Made by a program: the position numbers and the translations under genes
The notes under the pieces: model-generated
Seen by the model: only the letters and a program-made list of their open reading frames with translations
Told to the model about the DNA's origin: nothing
Database searches by the model: none
Shown here: positions 7,705 through 16,778 of the stretch, one piece after another
Numbering within the stretch: the stretch's first letter is position 1
How the letters are laid out: each line of letters opens with the position of its first letter
NCBI GenBank assembly: GCA_035556995.1
Contig: DATMEI010000242.1
Coordinates: 1 to 34,649 of the forward strand
Length of the DNA: 34,649 nt
Source of the DNA: Streptomyces sp.
Lineage (GTDB): Bacteria > Actinomycetota > Actinomycetes > Streptomycetales > Streptomycetaceae
Direction of reading: 5' to 3'

Positions 7705-9200
7705 TGGGACGCCATAGCCGCAAGGGGCGCGCAAAGCCCGGCGACCCGCCCGACCGGGCGGAGAAGCGCGGCGACGACGCGCCCTCGTACGGCATGGCTC
7801 AGAGCGACCCGGCGGACCGGACAGCGGCGCCTTACCCACCCGACCCGCGTGACGGCGCGGCGAGTGCCCCCGCATGGCAGGGAAGCGGATACGGACCCTC
7901 TGTGCGCGGCGGTCATCCCGAGCAGCGCGAACCAGGCGGCGGATGGGGTGCGGACGGGACCGGGCTGGGTCCGGGAGCGGGACGCGCGGCAGGGCGGGTA
8001 CTCCAGGGCACCCCCGGTGCGGCGGTCGGGGTGGGACAGTCCTCCGGTCCGAGGCAGGAATACCTGGAGGCTTTCGAGGACGACCTCTTCGGCGGTGTCG
8101 CCGGTGCCGTACGGGCTCCCGCTCCGCGTCACCCCGGGCGTGGCCACGGGCCGCATCCCGGGCGTCGGCCGGATGCGCACCGCCCCGGAACTCCGGGGCC
8201 ATGGAACGACTACGGGCAGTCCGACCACGGGCGGCCCGCCGGGTTCGGGGTGCCCGCCCGTGCAGAGACGGATCCGTGGCAGCGTCGCGGCCGGGAGCAG
8301 GTGCAGGACGAAGAGGAGAGAGGTCTCTCGTCTTCGCCGCGTGCGTCGGTGCCGAGGCAGGTCCCGCGGACGAAGAAGAAGGGCGGCAAGGGCCGCGCAG
8401 TCACAGGTGTCGTCGCGGCTGCTGTCACGACAGTGCTCGCGGTCGTCATCGGAGGACAGGTCGCTGGAGGGGACCACTTCGGTGACAGCGGGGCTGCGGG
8501 GAGATCCGAGGCCGATCGTGGCCAGTCCGACAAGGGCCCGGCCTCCCGGTCGGGTGAGGACGGGCGGGACGCGCCCGGCGTACCGCAGGGAGCAGCGCCC
8601 ACCTACGCCGAGAAGATGACCGAAGTCCTCCCCCTGAAGGCGGACTTCAAGGGCAAGGGCCGTTTCACGGCGGTGCCGGGGAAAGAGCGGGGAGCGGGCG
8701 GCGGCCAGGTGATGCGCTACCGCGTGGATGTCGAGAAGGGACTCCCGCTGGAGTCCGGCTTCTTCGCACAGGCTGTGCACAAGACGCTCAACGACAAGCG
8801 GAGTTGGGCGCATGACGGCGAGCGCACCTTCGAACGGGTCGAGGGCGGTGACGCGGACTTCGTGATCACGCTGGCGAGTTCGCCCACGACCGACGTGTGG
8901 TGCGCGAAGTCGGGGCTGGACACCAGTGAGGAACGCGTCTCCTGTGACTCCGCCTCCACCGACCGCATCATGATCAACGCCTACCGGTGGGCGCAGGGTG
9001 CGAAGACCTTCGGGGATCAGCGGATGTACTCCTACCGGCAGATGCTCATCAACCACGAGGTGGGGCACAGGATCGGCCGCGACCACGTGGGCTGCCCCAA
9101 GGACGGCGCGCTGGCGCCGGTGATGATGCAGCAGACCAAGACCGTGACGTCGGACGGGGCGAAGTGCCGCCCCAACGCCTGGCCGTATCCGCGCGGGTAG
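7704..9200 (+). CDS. DUF3152 domain membrane-anchored zinc-metallopeptidase-like protein
   Basis: Disordered N-terminus starting MGRHSRKG, one TM helix, C-terminal domain with YRQMLINHEVGHRIGRDH (HExxHxxGxxH), APVMMQQT and CRPNAWP. Confidence 0.85.
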   Translation: MGRHSRKGRAKPGDPPDRAEKRGDDAPSYGMAQSDPADRTAAPYPPDPRDGAASAPAWQGSGYGPSVRGGHPEQREPGGGWGADGTGLGPGAGRAAGRVLQGTPGAAVGVGQSSGPRQEYLEAFEDDLFGGVAGAVRAPAPRHPGRGHGPHPGRRPDAHRPGTPGPWNDYGQSDHGRPAGFGVPARAETDPWQRRGREQVQDEEERGLSSSPRASVPRQVPRTKKKGGKGRAVTGVVAAAVTTVLAVVIGGQVAGGDHFGDSGAAGRSEADRGQSDKGPASRSGEDGRDAPGVPQGAAPTYAEKMTEVLPLKADFKGKGRFTAVPGKERGAGGGQVMRYRVDVEKGLPLESGFFAQAVHKTLNDKRSWAHDGERTFERVEGGDADFVITLASSPTTDVWCAKSGLDTSEERVSCDSASTDRIMINAYRWAQGAKTFGDQRMYSYRQMLINHEVGHRIGRDHVGCPKDGALAPVMMQQTKTVTSDGAKCRPNAWPYPRG

Positions 9201-9473
9201 TACTCCGGGCGGGCCTTCTTCTTCTCTCTTCGTGTTTCTGTGTGCCTCGGCGCGCTGTCTTCTTCGACGGGCGTGACGAGTCCGATTTGGTCTCCTAGCG
9301 CATGGGAACGCCCGACTGGTCGGTAAGTCACGGGCATTCACCCCTTTTGGTGGTGCGACGGACAACCGTCCATCATGCGCAAGGGGCACGCATAGCGTCT
9401 TCCTCCGTCACGCCACTCAGTCCTTCGGGCGCAGGTGGCTCAACTCGGATGATCGGTCGGGGGTGGTGCGTCC

Positions 9474-11705
9474 GTGCGCATCGCATTGCTTACTGAGGGT
9501 GGTTATCCCTATGCGCGTGGTGAGGCTGCACCGTGGTGCGACCGGCTGGTGCGCGGGCTGGGCGGCCATGATTTCGAGGTGTACGCGCTGAGCCGCAGCG
9601 CCCGGCAGGAGAGCGCCGAATGGCGCGAACTCCCCGACAACGTCGAGCGGGTGCGTACGGCGCCACTGTGGGACGGCGCATCGGGGCGTCCCGGCAGCGC
9701 ACGCTCGGCTGCACACGCCGTTGCCTCCCGCGCGGGGGGCGTGGAACGGACGTACGGGCGGCGTGAGCGGCGGCGATTCGCCGAGTGCTTCGGCGAGCTG
9801 GCCGCGGCCGTCTGCAGTGCGGGTGCCGAAGGGCAGGAGGGAGTTCGTGGTGACGCTGCTCCCGGCGGGCAGTTGGCGGACCGTTTCGCCGCAGGGCTCT
9901 ACGGGCTGGCCGAACTCGCCCGTGAGCGGGGCGGGCTGGCGGCCGCGCTCCGTTCCGAACTCGCAGTGCGCGTACTGCAGTCCGCCTGCCGCGCCCCCGG
10001 CACTCTGCGCGCCGCGCACTCAGCCGGGGTCAGCGACCTGCTCGCCGTTGCGGAACGGCTGGAGCGCGCACTGCGTCCGCTCTCCCTCGACTGGTACGGG
10101 GACGGAGAGGGGTGCGGGTGCGGGGACGGGTGTGGCGACGGCGGCAGGAACGACGTTCACGGGCACGGGCATGGCCATGGGCACCGGTACCGGCATCGGC
10201 GTGGTGACGGTGAGAGGGACGCGGGCAGCGGCGACCCGGGGCTGGCCGCAGCTGATCTGTGCCACGTGGTGGGCGGCGGTCCCGCAGCACTGCCCGGACT
10301 TCTGGCGAAGCGATTCTTCGGTACGCCACTGCTGATCACCGAGTACGGCGTGCGGCTGCGCGAGCACTACCTCGCGAGCGCCGCAGACGCGGTCGCACCT
10401 GCCGCCGCGGGTGCGCCTGTACGTGCTCTGCTGGCCTCGTTCCAGCGACAGCTGGCGCGCGAGGCGTACACACAGGCCCACTTGATCACCCCGGGGAACA
10501 CGCATGCGCGTCGCTGGCAGGAGCGCTGCGGAGCCCCGCGCGACAAGCTGCGCACGGTCTACCCCGGCATGGACGCCGCGCCCTTCGCGGAGATCGGCGA
10601 GCTGGCGGGCAGCAGAAGGCCGCGCAGCGGAGCACAGCCCGACGCGGACGGTTCGACGATCGTCTGGGCCGGACGCATCGAACCCGCGAAGGACCTGATC
10701 GGGCTCCTGCACGCCTTCGCCGAGATCCGCCGGACCGTACCGGGTGCACGGCTGCGCATCATCGCGACGGCACCGGGCCGGGGACCCGAAGCCGGCGAAT
10801 ACGAGCGGAGCTGCCGAGCGCTCGCGGCGCAGCTCTTCCCCGACGAGGCCGACGACGCCGTAGCCGTCGGCGAGAACCCCGTCTCCTTCGAGGAGTTGGG
10901 CAGCCCGGCTGTGCCGACGTCGGCGGACGCCTACGGCGCGGGCTGTGTGGTGGTCCTCTCCAGCCTGGTCGAGGGCTTCCCCCTGTCGCTGGTCGAGGCG
11001 ATGTTCTGCGGGCGCGCAACGGTCTCGACAGACGTGGGGGCCGTGTGCGAGGTGATCGGCGGCACGGGGCTCGTCGTACCGTCGCGCAATCCCCGTGCCC
11101 TGGCGGACAGTTGTGCCGCCCTGCTGCGGGATCCGGCGCGGCGCGAACGGCTTGGCGCGGCGGCTCGTGCGCGGGCTCTCGAACTCTTCACCGTCGAACA
11201 GAACGTCGCAGCGTTCCGCGGCATCTATCTGGAGCTGATGTCGCGCTGGCCGGTCCGCAGGGACGAAACGGCAGCAGCTTGTGACGCCGGGGGCGAGAGC
11301 GAGGGCCCGCGGCCCTTCGGCCGGCCCGCTGAATCTCATGTTCCGGGGCGCTGGGCGGACGGCGCCAACGGCTCGGCCGCTGCGGCAGCCTCCGTCTCGG
11401 GCGGACGCCGTCCTGGCGGGATGCGCTCGCCGGTGCAGGTGCTTCCCGGTGTAGGTGCAGTCGTCCCGTCGGTCATAGCACCGGCTCTCTCAGCGACGTC
11501 CGCTGCGGCGGACCGGGCAGGGCAGGGCGGGGATGCGGGCGCCGACTCCGGTGCGAGCTCCCGGCGTTCACGTGTATCCGTCCCGAGCTGGGCCCGGCCG
11601 GACCTGCCCGACAGTGCACCGGTCGGACGGCGGCAGAGGCAGGGGCAGCACCAGCAAGTGCAGCAGAGCGTGCGGAACGAATCCCGGAAGGGGGACAGCA
11701 GATGA
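9474..11705 (+). CDS. PelF/DUF3492-like GT4 glycosyltransferase with long disordered C-tail
   Basis: N-terminal LLTEGGYPYARG..W (DUF3492/PelF-type), LLITEYG, GRIEPAKD, EGFPLSLVE (Ex7E), STDVGAV. Confidence 0.85.
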   Translation: MRIALLTEGGYPYARGEAAPWCDRLVRGLGGHDFEVYALSRSARQESAEWRELPDNVERVRTAPLWDGASGRPGSARSAAHAVASRAGGVERTYGRRERRRFAECFGELAAAVCSAGAEGQEGVRGDAAPGGQLADRFAAGLYGLAELARERGGLAAALRSELAVRVLQSACRAPGTLRAAHSAGVSDLLAVAERLERALRPLSLDWYGDGEGCGCGDGCGDGGRNDVHGHGHGHGHRYRHRRGDGERDAGSGDPGLAAADLCHVVGGGPAALPGLLAKRFFGTPLLITEYGVRLREHYLASAADAVAPAAAGAPVRALLASFQRQLAREAYTQAHLITPGNTHARRWQERCGAPRDKLRTVYPGMDAAPFAEIGELAGSRRPRSGAQPDADGSTIVWAGRIEPAKDLIGLLHAFAEIRRTVPGARLRIIATAPGRGPEAGEYERSCRALAAQLFPDEADDAVAVGENPVSFEELGSPAVPTSADAYGAGCVVVLSSLVEGFPLSLVEAMFCGRATVSTDVGAVCEVIGGTGLVVPSRNPRALADSCAALLRDPARRERLGAAARARALELFTVEQNVAAFRGIYLELMSRWPVRRDETAAACDAGGESEGPRPFGRPAESHVPGRWADGANGSAAAAASVSGGRRPGGMRSPVQVLPGVGAVVPSVIAPALSATSAAADRAGQGGDAGADSGASSRRSRVSVPSWARPDLPDSAPVGRRQRQGQHQQVQQSVRNESRKGDSR

Positions 11706-13288
11706 GCGTTGACAGAGCCACACCCGGAACTGCGGCGTCCACCACCCCGGCTGCCGTCCCGTACGAACCCGGCTCCCCGGTGAGTGCCGAAGCCTGGGAC
11801 GTGCGTTCCTGGGCACTGCTCGCCCCTGACGGTGTGTCTGCCGACGACCTGGACGGGGAGGGGGCGTGCCGGGACGGTGAAGTGGAGCCGCTGGGTGAGG
11901 GGATGGCGGACGGTTCGCTCACAGGCACGCGCTCGCTGACGGGTACGCGCTCGCTCACAGACACGCGCAGCGGCAGCCGTACCAGGACCTCTCGGGACAC
12001 GAATCGGAAAGCACGGGCGGGCCTCGGTCCGGCCGACCCGGTAAGAGAGTTGATGCACCGGCACCGTGGACTGTGTGAACGGGCCGTGGACCCGCTGGAG
12101 ATCGCCGCCGCTCTGGAGGCGCACGGTGTCACCGACCGTACGGCGGCACGCTTCCGGCACCGTGACGTCTTCTCTCTCGCCGAGGAACTGTTCGCACGCG
12201 TGCCGCGCGTTGACGGAGACCGCCCCGCAGTGGCGGAGCACCGTGCATCCGGAACAGAGCACGGCCGTGCGACGCACTGCGGACGCGACCGGGTTCCGCG
12301 TGCTGCGGCGAAGGCACTCACGGCGCTGCTGATCGCGCTGCTCCCCGCACTGCTGACCGCGGGCGTCCTCGCCGTCTCCGCGTCGGGGCATGTGCGGCAG
12401 GCGGGAGCGCTGGCGGAGGCCGCCTTCGTGGTCGTCGCCGCGGTCGCGGTGGGCGCGTCCGTTCGGCTTGCGCTGTGGCGCGTCGTACGGGCGAAACCGA
12501 ACCTGCTGACGACGCTGACGGCTTGCTGGCTGACCGGTTACCTGATCTTCGGCGACCGGTTGCCGGGCGGGCACAGTGGCGTCGGAGCAGGGCAGATCGG
12601 GCCGGCGGGGACAGCCGGAGACGGCATCACCGTGCCGCTCGGACTCGCCTGCGCTCTCGCGCCTGCCGTGTGGTGCGCCCGCTGGTTCACCGTACGGGCG
12701 CGGCGGAAACTGGGCGGCAGCCGCAGCCTGGACGAATTCGCGGCAGGGATGTGGCCACTGCTGACGGCGACCGTCGTGCTCTTCGGCGTGGCCTTGCTGG
12801 GAGTTCAGGTCGTCGTCGGGCAGGTCGCCCGGCTTGTCGCCCGGCAGAGCGGCGGGCACGGCCTCTTCGCCGTCGATGCGCTGGGCGCCACCACCGCGCT
12901 GGGCCTGCTGCTCTTCATCGCCCTGCTGCTGACTGCGCACGGATTCCGCCGGGCGGCATCGACCGGGCTGGGCATCGCATGCGGCCTGGAGGCCGTCGGG
13001 TTCGTCGTGGGGACCGGCCCCGCAGCAGGAAGCGGCGCCGCCGCCGGCGGACCGGGTCTCGTCACCGTCGTGGTCTGCGGTTGTGCGGCGCTGGGGCTGC
13101 TGGCCTGCGCGTACCGCGTACTCAGCGGAGCTTTCGCACACCACCGCGGGGAGCGCGAGCACCGGACGGACCCGGACTGCGCGCACTGCGTGAACGGCGA
13201 GAGCTGCGAGCGCTGCGTGAACGGCGAGAGCCACGTGAACGGCGAGCGCCGTGAGAACAGCGAGACCCCTTTCCGAACGGCGCCCTGA
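11702..13288 (+). CDS. Multi-pass membrane protein in the PelF-like operon (possible exporter or PelG analogue)
   Basis: ATGA overlap with the GT gene, soluble segment DPLEIAAALEAHGVTD...DVFSLAEELF, then about 8 hydrophobic helices. Confidence 0.75.
   Translation: MSVDRATPGTAASTTPAAVPYEPGSPVSAEAWDVRSWALLAPDGVSADDLDGEGACRDGEVEPLGEGMADGSLTGTRSLTGTRSLTDTRSGSRTRTSRDTNRKARAGLGPADPVRELMHRHRGLCERAVDPLEIAAALEAHGVTDRTAARFRHRDVFSLAEELFARVPRVDGDRPAVAEHRASGTEHGRATHCGRDRVPRAAAKALTALLIALLPALLTAGVLAVSASGHVRQAGALAEAAFVVVAAVAVGASVRLALWRVVRAKPNLLTTLTACWLTGYLIFGDRLPGGHSGVGAGQIGPAGTAGDGITVPLGLACALAPAVWCARWFTVRARRKLGGSRSLDEFAAGMWPLLTATVVLFGVALLGVQVVVGQVARLVARQSGGHGLFAVDALGATTALGLLLFIALLLTAHGFRRAASTGLGIACGLEAVGFVVGTGPAAGSGAAAGGPGLVTVVVCGCAALGLLACAYRVLSGAFAHHRGEREHRTDPDCAHCVNGESCERCVNGESHVNGERRENSETPFRTAP
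11915..11968 (+). repeat. 3 x 18-bp in-frame tandem repeat (SLTGTR)
   Basis: TCGCTCACAGGCACGCGC / TCGCTGACGGGTACGCGC / TCGCTCACAGACACGCGC. Confidence 0.85.
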
Positions 13289-13427
13289 CAGCGCCGTCTC
13301 CCCGCCCACCACTCCGTACGACGTCCGCTGAGGGCCACGTACGCCACCCACAACACGACAAGGAGAAAGGCCGGATGACCACGGCACAGCCGTCACACCG
13401 CACTGATGAGGATTTGGAGGGCAGGCA

Positions 13428-14513
13428 ATGAGAGTGCTTCTGCTCGGTGCGGGCGGATACCTCGGGCGCTTCGTCGCCGACCGGCTGCTGGCGGATCCCG
13501 CTGTGCAGCTCACCGCCCTCGGCCGGAACGACGACGCCGACGTGCGCTTCGACCTGTCCACCGGCAGTCCGGGGGCGTTGACCCGCTTCCTGGACGCGGT
13601 GCACCCGGGCGTCGTCATCAACTGTGCGGGCGCCACCCGCGGAGGTGCGCGCGAACTGACCCGGCACAACACCGTCTCCACAGCCACCGTCTGCGAGTCA
13701 CTGCGGCGCAGCAGCTGCGATGCACGCCTTGTGCACATCGGCTGCGCGGCGGAGTACGGGCCGTCCCAGGCGGGTTCGTCCACCGGTGAGGCCGCGACGC
13801 CGCGTCCCGGCGGGCCGTACGGCGTGAGCAAACTGGCCGCGACCGAGCTGGTGCTCGCTTCCGGGCTGGACGCCGTGGTGCTGCGCGTCTTCTCCCCGGC
13901 CGGGCCCAGCACACCCGCCGGTTCGCCGCTGGGGCGGCTGGCGGAGGGCATGCGACGGGCGATGCAACTGGGCGACAGCGAGCTGAAGCTGGCGGGCCTG
14001 TCCGTACAGCGCGACTTCGTGGACGTGCGTGACATCGCGCGGGCCGTGCATGCCGCTTCGCTCTCGGCGGCTCAGGGCGTCATCAACATCGGTACGGGCA
14101 GGGCGGTCCGGCTGCGCGACGCTGCCGCCGTGCTCGCCCGGGTCGCAGGGTACGGAGGCTCGCTGCACGAACTGGAGCCGCAAGTCATGCAGGGGAGCGG
14201 GGCGTCGGGCCCTGTGAATACGGCGGGCTCGGCAGCCTCGGCGAACTCGGCGGGTTCCCCGGGGCCGACGGGCGCGGTCGGCCCCGCCGCCGCACCGGGC
14301 TCCGCTGTCGCCACCGTCGCAACGGCGTCGATGCCGTCGCCCGCCGGTCCTCCGGCAGCGCCTTCCTCGACCGCGTACCACTATCCGGACGGATGCGGCA
14401 GCTGGCAGCAGGCGGACGTACGGACAGCCCGTGACCGGCTCGGATGGCGGCCCCGTATCGGGCTGGAGGAGTCGCTGGCCGACATCTGGATGGAGGCGGC
14501 ATGCCGCATCTGA
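13428..14513 (+). CDS. NAD-dependent epimerase/dehydratase (extended SDR)-like protein
   Basis: GAGGYLG Rossmann motif, YGVSK (YxxxK), RDFVDVRDIA, LGWRPRIGLEESL, SD GGAGGG. Confidence 0.88.
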   Translation: MRVLLLGAGGYLGRFVADRLLADPAVQLTALGRNDDADVRFDLSTGSPGALTRFLDAVHPGVVINCAGATRGGARELTRHNTVSTATVCESLRRSSCDARLVHIGCAAEYGPSQAGSSTGEAATPRPGGPYGVSKLAATELVLASGLDAVVLRVFSPAGPSTPAGSPLGRLAEGMRRAMQLGDSELKLAGLSVQRDFVDVRDIARAVHAASLSAAQGVINIGTGRAVRLRDAAAVLARVAGYGGSLHELEPQVMQGSGASGPVNTAGSAASANSAGSPGPTGAVGPAAAPGSAVATVATASMPSPAGPPAAPSSTAYHYPDGCGSWQQADVRTARDRLGWRPRIGLEESLADIWMEAACRI

Positions 14514-15379
14514 TGAGCCCTGGCGGAACGCTGCGCGCACCGGTCGGGACAGAGGGAGGGATGGGCTTCGGAGTGCCCGGCTGGGCGCACCCGATGCTCG
14601 CACCCCAGGAATGGGCCGCACTGTCGCTTCCCGGTCTGCCGCTGCACTGGGCGGTCCTCGATGTGGCCGGAGGACCCGGGGTCCGCCCTGACCCGTACTG
14701 CCTGGCGTCGGCGGACAGGCTGCACGAGGCGGGAGTGAGCGTACTGGGCCATCTCGACATGCGGGACGGCGCACGGTCCTTCGGCGAGCTGGTCTCCGAC
14801 GCACACCGCTACCTGGACTGGTACCGCGTGGACGGGTTCTACCTCGCGAACTGTCCGGCCGGGTATGCGCAGCTGGCCGAGACCGGGCGGACGGCGACCA
14901 CGCTCCGGGCGCTGTGCGCGCAGCAGCGCCGGTACCGCGAGCGGCACGCGCTCGCCGTCCACGCGCTGGACGAGCACCCCGGACTGCAGGGCGGTGACGG
15001 GCACGAGCTTCCGCCGGCAGCCGGAGCCGTGCCCGCCCGTCCGCCCGCCGCCCTCGTCTTCGGGCACGGGACCCACCCGCATCCTGGATACGCGGAGCTG
15101 GCCGACCAGTTGGTGACCTTCTCCGGCGGCTGGACCGACTACCGCTGGTCCCAGGCGGCCGAGTGGACCGCGGACCACCCGCCGGAGCGCTTCTGCCACC
15201 TGGTGCACAGCGTTCCGCGTACGCACATCGACGAGGCACTGCGCATCGCACGCTGGCAGGGCGCCGGCACCGTCTACTTCACGGACAGGACTCGCAGAGG
15301 CGGTGGAAACCCGTGGGAGACGGTGCCCGGTTACTGGGACGAGATCGTCTCGCGCCTCGGACCGGGTGTCTCGGAATGA
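14501..15379 (+). CDS. Spherulation-specific family 4 (spherulin-4/GH135-like) protein, catalytic motifs degenerate
   Basis: Family-like segments VPGWAHP, VLDVAGGPG, VLGHLD, WYRVDGFYL, LVTFSG, FCHLVHSVP, YFTDR...NPWETVPGYW. Start ATG 14501 after GGAGG overlaps the epimerase stop. Confidence 0.8.
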   Translation: MPHLMSPGGTLRAPVGTEGGMGFGVPGWAHPMLAPQEWAALSLPGLPLHWAVLDVAGGPGVRPDPYCLASADRLHEAGVSVLGHLDMRDGARSFGELVSDAHRYLDWYRVDGFYLANCPAGYAQLAETGRTATTLRALCAQQRRYRERHALAVHALDEHPGLQGGDGHELPPAAGAVPARPPAALVFGHGTHPHPGYAELADQLVTFSGGWTDYRWSQAAEWTADHPPERFCHLVHSVPRTHIDEALRIARWQGAGTVYFTDRTRRGGGNPWETVPGYWDEIVSRLGPGVSE

Positions 15380-15440
15380 GATAGGGCGTGGCAGTGTTAC
15401 GGGAGAACAACCGTACGTTCCACCGACCAACGGAGTCCCC

Positions 15441-16619
15441 GTGTCGCTGCCACCCCTGGTCGAGCCGGCTGCCGAGCTCACCGTTGACGAGGTCCGCAGG
15501 TACTCGCGCCATCTGATCATCCCGGACGTCGGGATGGACGGTCAGAAGCGGCTGAAGAACGCCAAGGTGCTCTGTGTGGGCGCGGGCGGTCTCGGGTCGC
15601 CAGCTCTGATGTACCTGGCTGCCGCGGGCGTCGGCACCATCGGCATCGTGGAGTTCGACGAGGTCGACGAATCGAACCTGCAGCGCCAGATCATCCACAG
15701 CCAGTCGGACATCGGCCGTTCCAAGGCCGAGTCCGCCAAGGACACGGTGCTGGGGATCAACCCCCACACGAAGGTCAACCTCCACCAGGAGCGCCTCGAG
15801 TCCTCGAATGTGATGGAGATCTTCGCCGACTACGACCTGATCCTGGACGGCACCGACAACTTCGCCACCCGCTATCTGGTCAACGACGCCTGCGTGCTGC
15901 TGAACAAGCCGTACGTCTGGGGCTCCATCTACCGCTTCGACGGCCAAGCTTCGGTCTTCTGGAGCGAACACGGACCCTGCTACCGCTGCCTGTACCCGGA
16001 GCCCCCGCCGCCCGGCATGGTGCCGAGCTGCGCTGAGGGCGGCGTACTGGGCGTGCTGTGCGCCTCGGTCGGATCGATCCAGGCGACCGAGGCCGTCAAG
16101 TTGCTCGCAGGCATCGGCGACCCGCTGCTGGGCCGCCTGATGATCTACGACGCACTGGAGATGAGCTACCGCCAGGTGAAGGTCCGCAAGGACCCCGACT
16201 GCGCCGTCTGCGGTGAGAACGCGACCGTGACCGAGCTCATCGACTACGAGGCGTTCTGCGGTGTCGTCTCCGAAGAGGCGCAGGAGGCCGCGGCCGGATC
16301 GACCATCACGCCCAAGCAGCTCAAGGAGTGGATGGACGACGGTGAGCGCATCGAGGTCATCGACGTGCGCGAGCCGAACGAGTACGAGATCGTCACGATC
16401 CCGGGTGCGAAGCTCATCCCGAAGGACAACTTCCTGATGGGGAACGCGCTGCAGGACCTCCCGCAGGACAAGAAGATCGTCTTGCATTGCAAGACGGGTG
16501 TCCGGTCCGCGGAAGTGCTCGCCGTGCTGAAGGACGCCGGCTTCGGGGACGCCGTGCACGTCGGCGGCGGCGTCATCGGCTGGGTCAACCAGATCGAACC
16601 GGACAAGCCGGTCTACTGA
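15441..16619 (+). CDS. moeZ: Adenylyltransferase/sulfurtransferase MoeZ (MoeB-rhodanese fusion)
   Basis: RYSRHL, GAGGLG, SNLQRQ, DGTDNF, CYRC...PSCAEGG, CAVC, and a C-terminal rhodanese domain (DVREPNE, HCKTGVRS). GTG 15441 follows SD GGAG. Confidence 0.95.
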   Translation: MSLPPLVEPAAELTVDEVRRYSRHLIIPDVGMDGQKRLKNAKVLCVGAGGLGSPALMYLAAAGVGTIGIVEFDEVDESNLQRQIIHSQSDIGRSKAESAKDTVLGINPHTKVNLHQERLESSNVMEIFADYDLILDGTDNFATRYLVNDACVLLNKPYVWGSIYRFDGQASVFWSEHGPCYRCLYPEPPPPGMVPSCAEGGVLGVLCASVGSIQATEAVKLLAGIGDPLLGRLMIYDALEMSYRQVKVRKDPDCAVCGENATVTELIDYEAFCGVVSEEAQEAAAGSTITPKQLKEWMDDGERIEVIDVREPNEYEIVTIPGAKLIPKDNFLMGNALQDLPQDKKIVLHCKTGVRSAEVLAVLKDAGFGDAVHVGGGVIGWVNQIEPDKPVY

Positions 16620-16641
16620 CCACCTCTGCCGACCACCTGTG

Positions 16642-16676
16642 ACGGGGGGCTGCGACCACGGGTCGCAGCCCCCCGT
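16642..16676 (+). terminator. Intrinsic terminator after moeZ
   Basis: Perfect 16-bp stem ACGGGGGGCTGCGACC / GGTCGCAGCCCCCCGT followed by TCTGCTT. Confidence 0.8.
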
Positions 16677-16747
16677 TCTGCTTGTGCGGACGCGCACGTG
16701 ATGCCGGCACGAGGCCCTCTCAGTTCAAGCACCTCGGTTCATGCACC

Positions 16748-16778
16748 GACCGTACGGAATCGGATATTCCGTACGGTC
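16748..16778. repeat. Perfect 13-bp inverted repeat
   Basis: GACCGTACGGAAT-cggat-ATTCCGTACGGTC. Confidence 0.8.

Noticed and set aside
9201-9473. BldD-like boxes or an sRNA in the spacer upstream of the GT operon
   Set aside because: Several TCAC/GTGA half-sites and a pyrimidine tract are present, but there is no convincing full TCAC-N7-GTGA site or stable structure.
11336-14035. 899-aa antisense ORF and similar long shadow ORFs (2402-4081 +, 6598-8202 -, 7701-9389 -, 21621-23840 -, 28316-29980 -)
   Set aside because: They overlap well-supported genes on the other strand, carry no recognisable motifs, and are expected from stop-codon scarcity in high-GC DNA.
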